Shown: piece by piece, positions 44,602-54,885 of the stretch
Layout: every line of letters starts with the position of its first letter
Position numbering within the stretch: the first letter of the stretch is position 1
Source: an uncultured Planctomycetaceae bacterium
GTDB taxonomy: Bacteria; Planctomycetota; Planctomycetia; Planctomycetales; Planctomycetaceae
NCBI GenBank assembly: GCA_963813715.1
Contig: CAWFAK010000009.1
Coordinates: 608,001 to 672,000, forward strand
Direction of reading: 5' to 3'
DNA length: 64,000 nucleotides
Position numbers and translations under genes: made by a program
Notes under the pieces: generated by a model
Databases searched by the model: none
What the model saw: only the letters and a program-made list of their open reading frames with translations
Told to the model about the DNA's origin: nothing

Positions 44602-47600
44602 TCATTGAGCCGCAGCGCGGGGACCGCCGGTTTTGGCGGGGTCGAGCGCCATCAGCCGCAGCCGCTGGTTGAATGAGCGCAGCTCGATGTACTTTTCGGC
44701 CATGTTGACTTCCAGGGTCTTGAAATTGGAAGCCGACGGGTCGGTCGCCTTGAGCACTTCGTGGCCGGTCCGCTTGTCGAGCACCAGCAGGTTGAAGCTC
44801 CAGTGCCCGAACTCGCCGTTCTTCACCAGCTGGCGGCCGGCGAACAGCAGCACGGGAGAATCGGACAGGAAGTCGAGCACCAGGTTGTGTGCAGGGATGT
44901 GGCTGTTGGACCAGTCGCACGCGCCCGTCCGCAGGTTGTACGCGGTGATGTGGTTGCCCACGTTGAGCGAGCGTTGGAATCCTTCCGGGAACTGCACGGC
45001 GTACGAATGGTGCTGCCGGCTCTGAATCAGGTACAGCCGCTCGTGATCGGTGATGGCGAACGTGTCCCCCTGGCGGAGCAACTCGCGCGGATATTCCTTG
45101 GGAAGCTTGCGCTGTTCGCCCGTCAGCAGGTTCACGATCTCCAACCCGCCCGAGGCCGAAACGGCCAGCATCTGGCTCGGATCAAGCAGCGTGAGACTGG
45201 TGCCGCCCGGATATTCGAGTCGCCACGATTCGCGGGTGGTAATCGGGTCGACCAGCCGCACGACCGTCCGCGCCGGCTCCAGGCCCAGGATTCGCGACGA
45301 GCGGCCGTCGGCCACTACCAGTCCCCGCGGCGTGACGGCGATCGCGGTGACCAGTAGGTCGCCCAGCTTTTGCACGTCGAGCTTTTTGCCGTCCGTCGCC
45401 CGGAACGCGGCCGCCTGGTTGCGGTCGGGCGGCATGACGTAAATCACGTCTTCGTTGCCAAACAGCGTGGCATGCTGGGGCAGATTCGTGCACTTCCAAC
45501 GGACTTCGCCGGTCTGCGAATCGAGCACCGTGAACTCGCGGCGACCGTAGAGGCAAACGTATTCGGTATTGGCCGCCGCCAGCATGCCGCGCTGCGTCGT
45601 CGGGTTGAGCAACGAGTGGCGACTGGTGAACTGGTTTCCCGTCCGCAGGGGCTGCGGCATGGCGACTTGAGGCGAGCGATAATCGTTGGCAGCGCCGCCG
45701 GGGACTTCGATCGAGCGCGTCCAGATCACACTGCGGTCGAGCGGCGAGAGGAAGTGCACGACGTCCCGGTGCAACACGGCCAGTTCGTGCCCGGCCGCAA
45801 TGCCGACCGTGTATTCCCCCTGCCGCGAACGGTTGGTGGAACGCAACGGCAGCATCCAACGGTCGCCGTCGTCCGTCGAGCGGACGATTTCGAGCCGTTG
45901 CCGGCGTTCATCGATGGAGAAGCGGTGCTCGTCGAAATAGGGTTCGTTGCCGCCGCCCAAGAGGAGCTCTTCGATGTGGTTGGACAGATAATTCGTGCCG
46001 AAGCGATGGACCTTGAGGTCAACGTCGCCCCAATCGGGACCGGAATAGGGGTGCGGATCGAGCAGCCCGGCATCCCAACGGCTCTGCACGTAGCTCGCTG
46101 CCGTCTGACCGCCAAAAATTCGCGCTCCCGGGTACCAGGCGGCCAGCCGGCGGTAGGCGGTGGCCGCATCGTCGATCAGGCCGCGCTCGTCCAAGAGTTC
46201 GGCCAGCCGCAACTGGGCGGAGGCTGCGGTCGCATCGTCGGCAATTCGCACCTGCCGCAGCAGCAACCGCTCGGCCCGGAAAAAGTCCTTCTCGGCCGCG
46301 AACTGCTCGACCAGTCCCATTACCACCGACTGGGCGGCCGGATGAAATGCGTACAGCTCGGCAAACCGTTCCTGCATTGCCCGATCGAGGTGGAGGACGC
46401 GATCGGCCTCGCCGGCAAGCACCACGTCGACGCGGGCCCGTTCGGTGGCCGACAGCTTCTGCCAGATCTCGAACAAACGTCCGGCGATCCAGGCGTCGAA
46501 GTCGACGGTGACGTGCGGATCGTCCGCGCGGGGAATCATCACTCCCCGGCGATCCGTGAGCGCCAGTTTTTGCAGCGCGGAAAACGCGTCGCCGTACTTG
46601 CCGACGGCCAGATCGCGTTCGGCCTCGAGCCGTCCGACCAACAGCCGTTCGTCCCCGGTTTGCGCGAGGGCCGAGAGCCGCTCGAGGGAGCGGTCGCTCG
46701 TGGCGTAATCGTGACGAATCGCATCGGTGAGCGCCTCGAGGAGCGCACTGCGATAGGAACGGGCCAAAAGCGGCGCCAGATGCCGCGAGTCGACCCGGTC
46801 GAGCGATTGGATGGCGCGCGCCGGATCGTTATGCAAGAGGGCAATTTCGGCCCGCTTGACCGAGGCCCATTCATCGTGCGGATCGGTCGTCTGCCGCTGG
46901 GCGATCTGCCGCTCGATCGCGTCGCGCTGCTCGAAGGACGTCAGCCCGTAGGCATTGAGCGAGAGCATCATGCCGCGATAGAGCGTAAGGTTGCCCAACG
47001 GACGGCTGCCGGGCAGCAACTGGGCCGTCTCCACGATGCGGCCGCTGTTCAGCTCGATCGTGCAGAGGCGCCCCCCCGGAGCGGCAGATAAAAATGCCCG
47101 GACGACAGCACGCCGCGGCCGCTGGGCGGGCCCAGCGATTCGTCGAGCGACGTGGTCCATTGGGCCTTGCCCGTGTCGATCGCGATCGCGGTCACCGACG
47201 ATTTGCCGACGACGATGGCCGACGACTCGTGCAATCCGGCCAGGTAGAGCTGGTCGTCGCCGCGGGGGAATCGCCAACGCAGCGCGCCCGTCGCCAGGTC
47301 GAGGCAGATCAGGTTCGGTTCCTCGGCGGGAGTGTACAGGACGCGATTGCCGGCGATCACCGGGGCCGACGGGCACCATTGCCCATTCAGCTCGGTCGGC
47401 TGCACCATCGTGTCCCCCTGCTCCCGCTCGCGGCGTTCCACCTGCGGTCGGGGCGAGGAATAGCGATGCATCCACAGCACGGAGTGATCGAGCCGATCGA
47501 CGCCCACCAGCCAGTCGACGGTGGTCGGGCAGACCAGAATGCCGTCGGATGAGGCGACCTGCGCGGTCCGCCAGCGTCGACCCAATTCCTGCTCGATCTT

Positions 47601-49406
47601 GTTGTCGGAGTGGGCCAGCAGCTGTGACCAGCGGACGGCCCCCGACTCGGGATCGATTGCAAAGAGCCGCACGTCGAGATCGCGCTCGCCGACGATATAC
47701 AGCTCGCCCCCGTCGACCAGCGGAGCGCCGAAGAAGAACGAGCCGGCCAGCGGCAGATCGAACGACTCGCCGTTGGCTTGCCCACCCAGCGACCAGACTT
47801 CGCGCCCCGTCGACAGGTCGTACGCGGCGAGCCGGTTGCCCGGCCGCATCGTCCGCTCGCCCTCGGGTCCTTCGGCAATCGGCTGGAAGCCCGAGCCGCC
47901 GGGGCCGTGCATGATCATCGCGTCGTCTTCGATCACGAAGAGCCGCGTGCCGTCGCTTGCAAGCAGGCCGAAATTCGCGTTGCGGAACAACAGGCCTGTC
48001 AGCGGATGACCGTCTGCACTCCCTTCGCCACCGATGAACTCAGTTCCCCACGGCCCGCCGCCGCCGCGGAATCGTCGGAAACCACCCCAGCGTTCCTCGA
48101 ACTCGAAGGGCAACGGGCGGCCGGAGACGATCGCGTCTTCCGAAACCTGCGGCCGGGTCTCCCACAGGAGCTTGCCGGTCGTCGCGTCGATTACGTGCAC
48201 GTCGCGAAGCGTGCGGAAGGCGATGCGATCCTTGATCGTCAGCGGAATGGCAACGGGAATCGCCGCCCGCCCCAGGTCCGAAAGATCCTGCCCCAGCGAG
48301 TCGAGCTGATCGATCACGTGCTTGTTCTGCGTCGACGCGTGCGACCAGCGGCTAAGCAGCAGCGGATCGCCCCCGGCCGGCGTGGCCGCGCGTCGGGCAT
48401 TCCCCTGGAACTGCAGCCACTCGTCGAGCACCGCGGACGACGGCGTGTCCGAGCCGGGCAGGCGCTGCAACAGCTCATCGGGCTTGACCGAATCGCCGCC
48501 GACGCCGACCGTAGCATCGGCCCCGTCGGCGCGCAGTCGCTTCAAGATTTCAGCGCTGACCGCGGCATTGCCCGACTCGCGAAACGTCAGGGCCGCTTTG
48601 AGACGCCATTTCGGGTCGCGCGACCAGGGGGGATTCGACTCGAGCAGCCGCCCGTACCAGATCGAAGCGAGTCCGAATTCGCCGCGATCGAAATGGAAGT
48701 TACCGATCGCGTTGGCGGCTTGCTGCCCCGTCTCGGTGTGGAAGTATTGGGTCGCGACGTCGATCACCTGGTCCCAGTTGCCGGCACGGCGGCCGTCGCG
48801 ATCGAGTTGCCGGGCCTGGGCTTCGTGACGCAGGCGATACGTCTCCAGTTGCGCGGCGGGCAGCCGACCGATCAAACGATTGGCTTCCCAGGCCACCAGT
48901 CCGGGCCGGCCGTCGGGCGTGCGGATCGTGGCATGACCGGCATGGGCCAGCACGACCTCGAGCACGTCGAGTGCCTGGTCCCAGTGGCTCCCTTCGACCA
49001 ACTGCTCGGCCTGATCGAGATGCTTGCTCTGCGTGGCGTTGTGCGGAATGCGGCCATCGATCGAGTCGCGCGGACCGCGACGTTCGGGCGTTGCCGAATC
49101 GTGATCGGTCACCACGTCGCCCACTTCTTCCGGAGGCGCGTGCGACCGCGCGTTCCGGTTGTTGAAGTTCCAGGGAGCGGACCGCGGTGTCGTCCGGCGG
49201 CGGTTCCCGGGGGCACGGGGAAGTTCCGGGGCAGCCGCGTCCTTATCCTTGTCCTTCGCGCCCGCTTCGGGCGGAGGCGGAGCATCGTTCTTTTGAGTGC
49301 GGGGACTGCGGGGCGGCGATTCTTGCCCGGGCAGTGTGTCGCCGGTCAGGAACCCCAGCAGGGCGGCGAAGGCCGCGATCCGCAGCAGCGGGTATTTTTT
49401 TTGCAT
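44602..49406 (-). CDS. Very large secreted PQQ-like beta-propeller/TPR protein (BamB-like repeats), frameshift near 47070
   Basis: Signal peptide, recurring D..TG...W propeller motifs (DATTGKLLW, DLSTGREVW, DLATGALRW), TPR-like helices. Confidence 0.8.
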
Positions 49407-49942
49407 CCGGCGACTCACCCCGGCTCGAACGCGGGGCGGCGCCAGCAAACGTTGACGATCCCCGAAATCGACCTGCCAGACCTGGATCCGATCGCGTCCA
49501 GCGCTCCCTGTAAGTATATCGTCGCGACCCCCGGCAGGCTCGCCGATAAGCGGAAATTCGGCCCGCTGCGGCCCGCACCGCGGCGATTCTGCGGCCGGCT
49601 TCTACGAATTCTCGGGAAGCAAATGATCGGGAGACGCACCGGGATCCGCTGCTGGGCCACGGGCGAGAGTCCATCGCCGCGATTTGCGACCGATTTTGCG
49701 GCGTCCCTATCGCGGAAACGCCGATTCTCTCGGCTGGTCGCCAGATTTACTCAAGCGAGCGGAGTCGCGGGGCGTTACCAGAGCTTTCGTAGCGGCACCC
49801 GCCCCCCGTACTGCGATCAGCCGCGTGGGAGGCCGAGAACATCTTCGCGTGTGCGACTCGCTGGGCACTGCGCGTTTCGCGCATCGGGCTGAGCCTCGTC
49901 TCGACGAACGAGCGTCCAGCCGATCGAGCGCGCCTGAACACG

Positions 49943-49995
49943 TTGCAAACTCGCGCCCACTCCCTAAAATTACGGGAAAACCGTAACTTTTTTTT
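49943..49995 (+). promoter_or_regulatory. Putative promoter and palindromic operator upstream of the EhpF-like gene
   Basis: TTGCAA-16-TAAAAT, overlapped by TTACGG-gaaaa-CCGTAA and followed by a T8 run. Confidence 0.4.
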
Positions 49996-50025
49996 GCGCC
50001 GCTGCGCCCGGGAGCAAATCGATCC

Positions 50026-51156
50026 GTGAACGCCGCCCCCGCACCTGCCTCGAAGGCACCCGCCCAGAATCTTGACGCACTCGTCTCGCAGGCCAAGGAA
50101 CGACTCGACAAGCACACCCGCGAGACGGTCGAGTGGCACTTCAACCCCGAGACCGGCAGCCCGTTCTGGCTGGAGAGAGCCAAAACGCTGGGCTTCGATC
50201 CGCGCAAAGAGGTCCGCTCGTTCGCCGATCTCACGAAGTTCCCGCTGTTCGAGGATGAGTGGCTGCGCGGCGGCCCCGTCCGCCGCTGGATCCCGAAGGG
50301 GCTCGCCGACAAGCCGGCCTACGTCTTCGAGACCGGCGGCACCACGGGCATTCCCAAGAGTCGCGTCGTCATCGAGGACCACTGGATCGACTACGAACTC
50401 TTCAGCGACACGCTCCCCGACGAGTACTTCCCCAAGGGAAGCAACTGGATGATGCTGGGGCCCTCAGGGCCGCGGCGTTTGCGTCTGGCGGTCGAGCATC
50501 TGGCCCATCACCGCGGCGGCATCTGCTTCTGCGTCGACCTCGATCCGCGCTGGGTCGTCAAGCTGTTGAAGAACGGCGACATTCAGGGTGTGAAGGCGTA
50601 CGCCGACCATGTGATCGACCAGGCGATGACCATCCTCTCGGCCGGCCACGACATCAAGTGCATGTTCGCCACGCCCAAGCTGCTCGAGGCGCTGGCCCTC
50701 CGCCTGATGAACGAAGGCTCGAGCGTCGAAGAAGCGGGCATCACCGGCATTTTCGCCGGCGGCACCGAGTTCACGCCGCAATGGTACCGCTTCTGCCGCG
50801 AAGAGCTGTTGGGCCCGAACGTTTACATCACGCCGACGTACGGCAACACGCTGATGGGCCTGGCCTGCGGCAAGCCGTTCGATCCGGCCGACAACTACAA
50901 GATCACCTATTACGCCCCCGAACCGCGGGCGGTGATCGAGGTTGTCGACTTCGCCGACCACACCAAGATCGTCCCCTACGGCGACTCGGGCCGCGTGAAG
51001 CTCTACACTCTCACCAAGGAAGTGTTCATCCCCGGCTTCCTCGAGCGGGATGAGGGCGAGCGGGAAAAGCCGCACGAAAAATATCCCTGGGACGGCGTCA
51101 GCGGCGTCAAGCCCTACCGCGAGTTCGCCAAGACGACCACCGTGGGGGTTTACTAA
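50026..51156 (+). CDS. EhpF-like stand-alone adenylate-forming enzyme (phenylacetate-CoA ligase/LuxE-like)
   Basis: WHFNPETGSPFWL, P-loop FETGGTTGIPK, DLDPRWV, TPKLL, GGTE, YGNT, ERD and C-terminal GVY: the motif series recalled for Pantoea EhpF. Confidence 0.78.
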   Translation: MNAAPAPASKAPAQNLDALVSQAKERLDKHTRETVEWHFNPETGSPFWLERAKTLGFDPRKEVRSFADLTKFPLFEDEWLRGGPVRRWIPKGLADKPAYVFETGGTTGIPKSRVVIEDHWIDYELFSDTLPDEYFPKGSNWMMLGPSGPRRLRLAVEHLAHHRGGICFCVDLDPRWVVKLLKNGDIQGVKAYADHVIDQAMTILSAGHDIKCMFATPKLLEALALRLMNEGSSVEEAGITGIFAGGTEFTPQWYRFCREELLGPNVYITPTYGNTLMGLACGKPFDPADNYKITYYAPEPRAVIEVVDFADHTKIVPYGDSGRVKLYTLTKEVFIPGFLERDEGEREKPHEKYPWDGVSGVKPYREFAKTTTVGVY

Positions 51157-51157
51157 A

Positions 51158-51271
51158 GAAGTCCGAATGACGAAGCACGAATGACGAAAGAAGCACGAAG
51201 TCCGAAGCACGACAGGGAAAGACCAATTCGTGCTTCAGTCATTAGGGACATTCTTTCGTCATTCGTGCTTT
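51158..51271. repeat. Heptamer-repeat inverted element (GAAGTCC/GAATGAC/GAAGCAC)
   Basis: About 7 heptamers, then their reverse complements; perfect 20-bp IR 51173-51192 / 51251-51270. Confidence 0.85.
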
Positions 51272-51295
51272 TCACGCTAACCGTAAGGTGCGCAC

Positions 51296-52733
51296 ATGCT
51301 CGAAATCCCCGTGATTCGCTGGGGTAAGCCGTACGAGAGCCTGCAACAAGATCCGGTCGTGCACTTCGAGACCGGGAACACCTTGTGCACCGTGCATCAG
51401 GCGAATGGCGGCCTGATTCAGATGGACGTCCGCAAGTCGCAGCGCGCGCGGGACGTGCTCCGCGAGATCCCGATCGCCACGCTCGTCGAATACTGCAAGA
51501 AAGCAGCCGACCTGTATCTGACGGCCAAGCTCCCGCTGGGCAATGGCACGCAGACGCCAGAGGAATTCTGCACCATCCAGGCGGCGACGACGGGCCTGCC
51601 CGAGCACATGTGCGCGTCGAACATGAAGAAGAACCACTTCGTGTTGTCGCACATGGGAGACATCATCGAAGCGCTGAACTCGCGGCCTGCCCTACGATGT
51701 GCTGACTCGCGGTTTCGGCGTCGAAGCGCGCGGGATCACAGTGAGCTACCAGGCCAACGCGCCCGTGCTGGGGGCCGTGCTGCCGTCGAATTCACCGGGC
51801 GTCCACACGCTGTGGCTACCCGTAATGCCGATGCAGGTTGGACTGGTGCTCAAACCAGGTCCGCAGGAACCGTGGACGCCGTACCGCATGTGCGAAGCCT
51901 TCGCCCAGGCCGGCTTCCCTCGCGAGGCGTTTTCGATCTACCCCGGCGGCGGCGAGGTCGGAGCGGCCGTACTGCAAGGCTGCGAGCGGGCCATGATCTT
52001 CGGCGGCACCGCGACCGTGAAGCAATATCACGGCAACCCCCGCGTGCAGCCGCACGGCCCCGGCTTCAGCAAGATCCTGCTCGGCGACGACGTCGTCGAC
52101 AAGTGGGAGGATTATCTCGACCTGATGGTCGACAGCGTGCTCATCAACAGCGGTCGCAGCTGCATCAGTTGCTCGGGCATCTGGGCCTCACGCCACGGCC
52201 GCGAGATCGCCGACGCTCTCGCCAAACGAATGGGGCCCGTCGCTCCGCTGCCGACGAACGATCCGAAGTCGGCCCTGGCGGCCTTCACGCTGCCCGGAGC
52301 GGCCGACGCGATCAACGGCCAGATCGACGCGGCCCTCAAGCAGCCCGGCGCAACCGAAGTCACCGAGAAATACCGCGGCGGCCCGCGGCTGGTGAAAAGG
52401 GAACGCTGCGACTACCTGCGGCCGACCGTGCTGCACTGCACGAGCCCCGAGCACGAGCTGGCCAACACCGAGTACATGTTTCCCTTCGTCTCGGTGGTCG
52501 ACTGCCCGCAGGACAAAATGCTCAGCTCGATCAAGACGACACTCGTCTGCTCGGGCATCACCGAGAACCCCAAGTTCTCCCAGCAACTGCTCGACGCGAC
52601 CCACATCGACCGCCTCAACATCGGCCCCATCAAGACGATCGCCCTCAACTGGCTGCAACCCCACGAAGGCAACATCGTCGACTTTTTGTTCCGCGCGCGA
52701 GCGTTTCAGAACAGCCCGCCGCCGGCACACTGA
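51296..52733 (+). CDS. Aldehyde dehydrogenase-superfamily protein (EhpG/LuxC-like), frameshift near 51680
   Basis: LPSNSPGVH, LKPG..EPWT, IFGG, HGPGFSK, catalytic NSGRSCISCS, EYMFPF, PHEGN. Confidence 0.8.
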
Positions 52734-52746
52734 GCAGTCGGTCTAC

Positions 52747-52827
52747 AGTCCAAGGTCCAAAGTCATAAACCGAGGACCGGACCTGTCGCATCTTTGACCT
52801 TGGACTTTGGACATTGGATTTTGGACC
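52747..52827. repeat. Heptamer-repeat inverted element (AGTCCAA/GGTCCAA ... TTGGACT)
   Basis: agtccaa-ggtccaa-agtcata, a spacer, then tttgacc-ttggact-ttggaca-ttggatt-ttggacc. Confidence 0.8.
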
Positions 52828-52837
52828 CAGGAAAACA

Positions 52838-53434
52838 ATGCTCGACGGATTGAGCGGTACCTTTTCGACCATTCTGGTTGATCCGCCTTGGCGGTTTCAG
52901 AATCGCACCGGGAAGATGGCCCCCGAGCATCGGCGGTTGCGGCGGTATCGCACGATGGACGTCCAGGAGATCCAGTCGCTCCCCGTCGCGAATTACGCAC
53001 GGGACAAAAGCCATCTCTATTTGTGGTGCCCCAACGCCCTGTTGGAGGACGGGCTGTCGATCCTCAAGGCTTGGGGCTTCACTTACAAGACCAACCTGGT
53101 CTGGCTCAAGATCCGCAAGGATGGCGGGCCTGACGGCCGAGGCGTGGGATTCTATTTCCGCAACGTCACCGAGTTATTGCTCTTCGGCGTGCGGGGCAAG
53201 CTGCGGACGTTAGCTCCCGGCCGGCGGCAGGTGAACGTCATCGCCAGGCAAAAGCGCGAGCACTCGCGCAAGCCCGACGAGCAATACCAGCTGATCCAGG
53301 AGTGCAGCCCCGGGCCGTATCTTGAGCTCTTCGCCCGCGAGCGCGTCGCCGGTTGGACGAGTTGGGGCGACGAAGTCGATTCCTACGCCGCCACCCGCCG
53401 CGTCTCGCCGCAATATGCTGGCGACCCCCGGTGA
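52838..53434 (+). CDS. MT-A70 family N6-adenine methyltransferase
   Basis: ILVDPPW, HLYLWCPN, WGFTYKTNLVWLK, GFYFRNVTE, REHSRKP, LELFAR, WGDE. Confidence 0.92.
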   Translation: MLDGLSGTFSTILVDPPWRFQNRTGKMAPEHRRLRRYRTMDVQEIQSLPVANYARDKSHLYLWCPNALLEDGLSILKAWGFTYKTNLVWLKIRKDGGPDGRGVGFYFRNVTELLLFGVRGKLRTLAPGRRQVNVIARQKREHSRKPDEQYQLIQECSPGPYLELFARERVAGWTSWGDEVDSYAATRRVSPQYAGDPR

Positions 53435-53523
53435 GTCGCGCCGGGTTGAGTCGGTATGCTGGGACAATTCCGGCTCCGACCGTTGTTCCACTCCGAAGAT
53501 GGGCCTGAGACCACGCACCGTTT

Positions 53524-53959
53524 ATGGCGAAAGCAATTCGGATTCTGCTCGGCACCCTCGTCGCTCTGACCCTCGCGGGGGGACTGCTCGTTGCGGTTGA
53601 GCTGTTTAGTGCCGTCGTCTACCCGATGCCGCCCGGCTCCACAAACACCAAAGAGGAAGTGTGCGCGCCACGTGGCCGCTTATCCGCAATGGATCCTCGC
53701 CGTCGTCGTGCCGGCATGGAGCGGGACGGCCCTCGCGAGCACGTGGGTGGCCACCCGCTTAGGAGGACGCGTCGCGGGAATTATCGTCGCGCTCCTCTTG
53801 TTCTCGGCCTTCGTGATGAACCTGGCGATGCTGCCCTACACGCTCTGGTTCAAAGTGACGCTGCTCATCTGCGCACCCCTCGCCTGCCTGCTCGGCGTCG
53901 GCCTGCCGAGACGTCCGCCCATCAACCCAGGAATGGCCGACGCGGCTCCCGCTCAATAA
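53524..53959 (+). CDS. Small four-TM membrane protein, frameshift near 53665
   Basis: Hydrophobic N-terminus in ORF 53524; remaining TM helices (NLAMLPYTLWF) in ORF 53591. Confidence 0.6.
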
Positions 53960-54012
53960 GCGATCCGGATCGATCAAGACGCGCAGGCCAAACCGCGGCC
54001 CAAAGCCGAATT

Positions 54013-54729
54013 TCACGAGGCCGCGCGCCGCCGGCGCCGAACCGGTACGGCAGGAGCGATTGCCGTGATCTGCGGCACCGCGCGATACAGCCATGAGTTG
54101 CCTTGTTTGCCGAGCGCTTCGAGCGCGCCCATTTTTCGCAGGCAATACGCCATCTTTTGCGCGAGCCAGCGGGGCATCGGGGCCAGGCGGGCGATCTCTC
54201 CCGTCGTGAACTGTTCGTCCAGGCCGATGGGCAGCAGCCGCAACAGGTCGGCCGTGTCGCGGAGGGTCACGCGGCCTTCGATCCCCACGAGCAGGCGATC
54301 GGTCACGCGGAAGTCGGGGCCGCGCCACCATTTTTTCTGCGCGGTGACGCGATGCTCCTCCTGGCGGGTCAGCACGACCTCCAGCGTCAGCCGCGGATGG
54401 GGAAAGATGTCGACGAAGTAGACCAGGTCGGCAAACAGGTCGGCGATCGTCTCGTGCCGCGGACTGAGCCGCGTCGACACGATGGCGCCGCCGGCCCGCT
54501 TGCGGCGGACCAACACCTTCTGCGCGGCAAGCGGCTTCACGATCAGGACGTCGTGTTCTTCGAGCAGGCGGCGGATCTTCGGGCGAATGGCGCCGAGTGA
54601 GCCCTGTTGAATTTCGATCAGCCGGCCCTGATGGACGGCGTCGATGCGAAAGGTCCCCAGGCGAACCTCCTGCGACGCGGGCTCCGCCGAGTAGAGGGCT
54701 TTTAGCTGCCGGTGCAGGCTCGTCTCCAT
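54013..54729 (-). CDS. Conserved hypothetical protein, PD-(D/E)XK nuclease-like with C-terminal wHTH
   Basis: ETSLHRQLK, RIDAV....LIEIQ, and C-terminal FTTGEIA...AQKMAYCLRKMG...GKQGNSWLY. Confidence 0.6.
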   Translation of the reverse strand: METSLHRQLKALYSAEPASQEVRLGTFRIDAVHQGRLIEIQQGSLGAIRPKIRRLLEEHDVLIVKPLAAQKVLVRRKRAGGAIVSTRLSPRHETIADLFADLVYFVDIFPHPRLTLEVVLTRQEEHRVTAQKKWWRGPDFRVTDRLLVGIEGRVTLRDTADLLRLLPIGLDEQFTTGEIARLAPMPRWLAQKMAYCLRKMGALEALGKQGNSWLYRAVPQITAIAPAVPVRRRRRAAS

Positions 54730-54885
54730 ACTCGCCGCCTCGCCGCTCGCCGTTCTTGGGGGCGGTGTTTCCGACCCGCCGCTCCTGGGACGGGGATTCT
54801 AGTGGACAGCGGTCGCACGCGGACAGCCGGAATTTGGCTGATTTCGCCTGAGTGCCGATTCGGTTATTCTGACCTTCACCAGATC

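Noticed and set aside
47778..49892. Long antisense ORFs (e.g. 704 aa here, 667 aa at 39350-41353, 540 aa at 26341-27963)
   Set aside because: Shadow ORFs opposite well-supported genes in high-GC DNA, with no recognisable motifs.
50026..52733. Phenazine or lux biosynthetic cluster
   Set aside because: No phz core or luxAB/luxD genes are present in the window.
51158..52827. CRISPR array or tRNA in the repeat-rich spacers
   Set aside because: The units are 7-nt tandem repeats without unique spacers; no cas genes and no cloverleaf.
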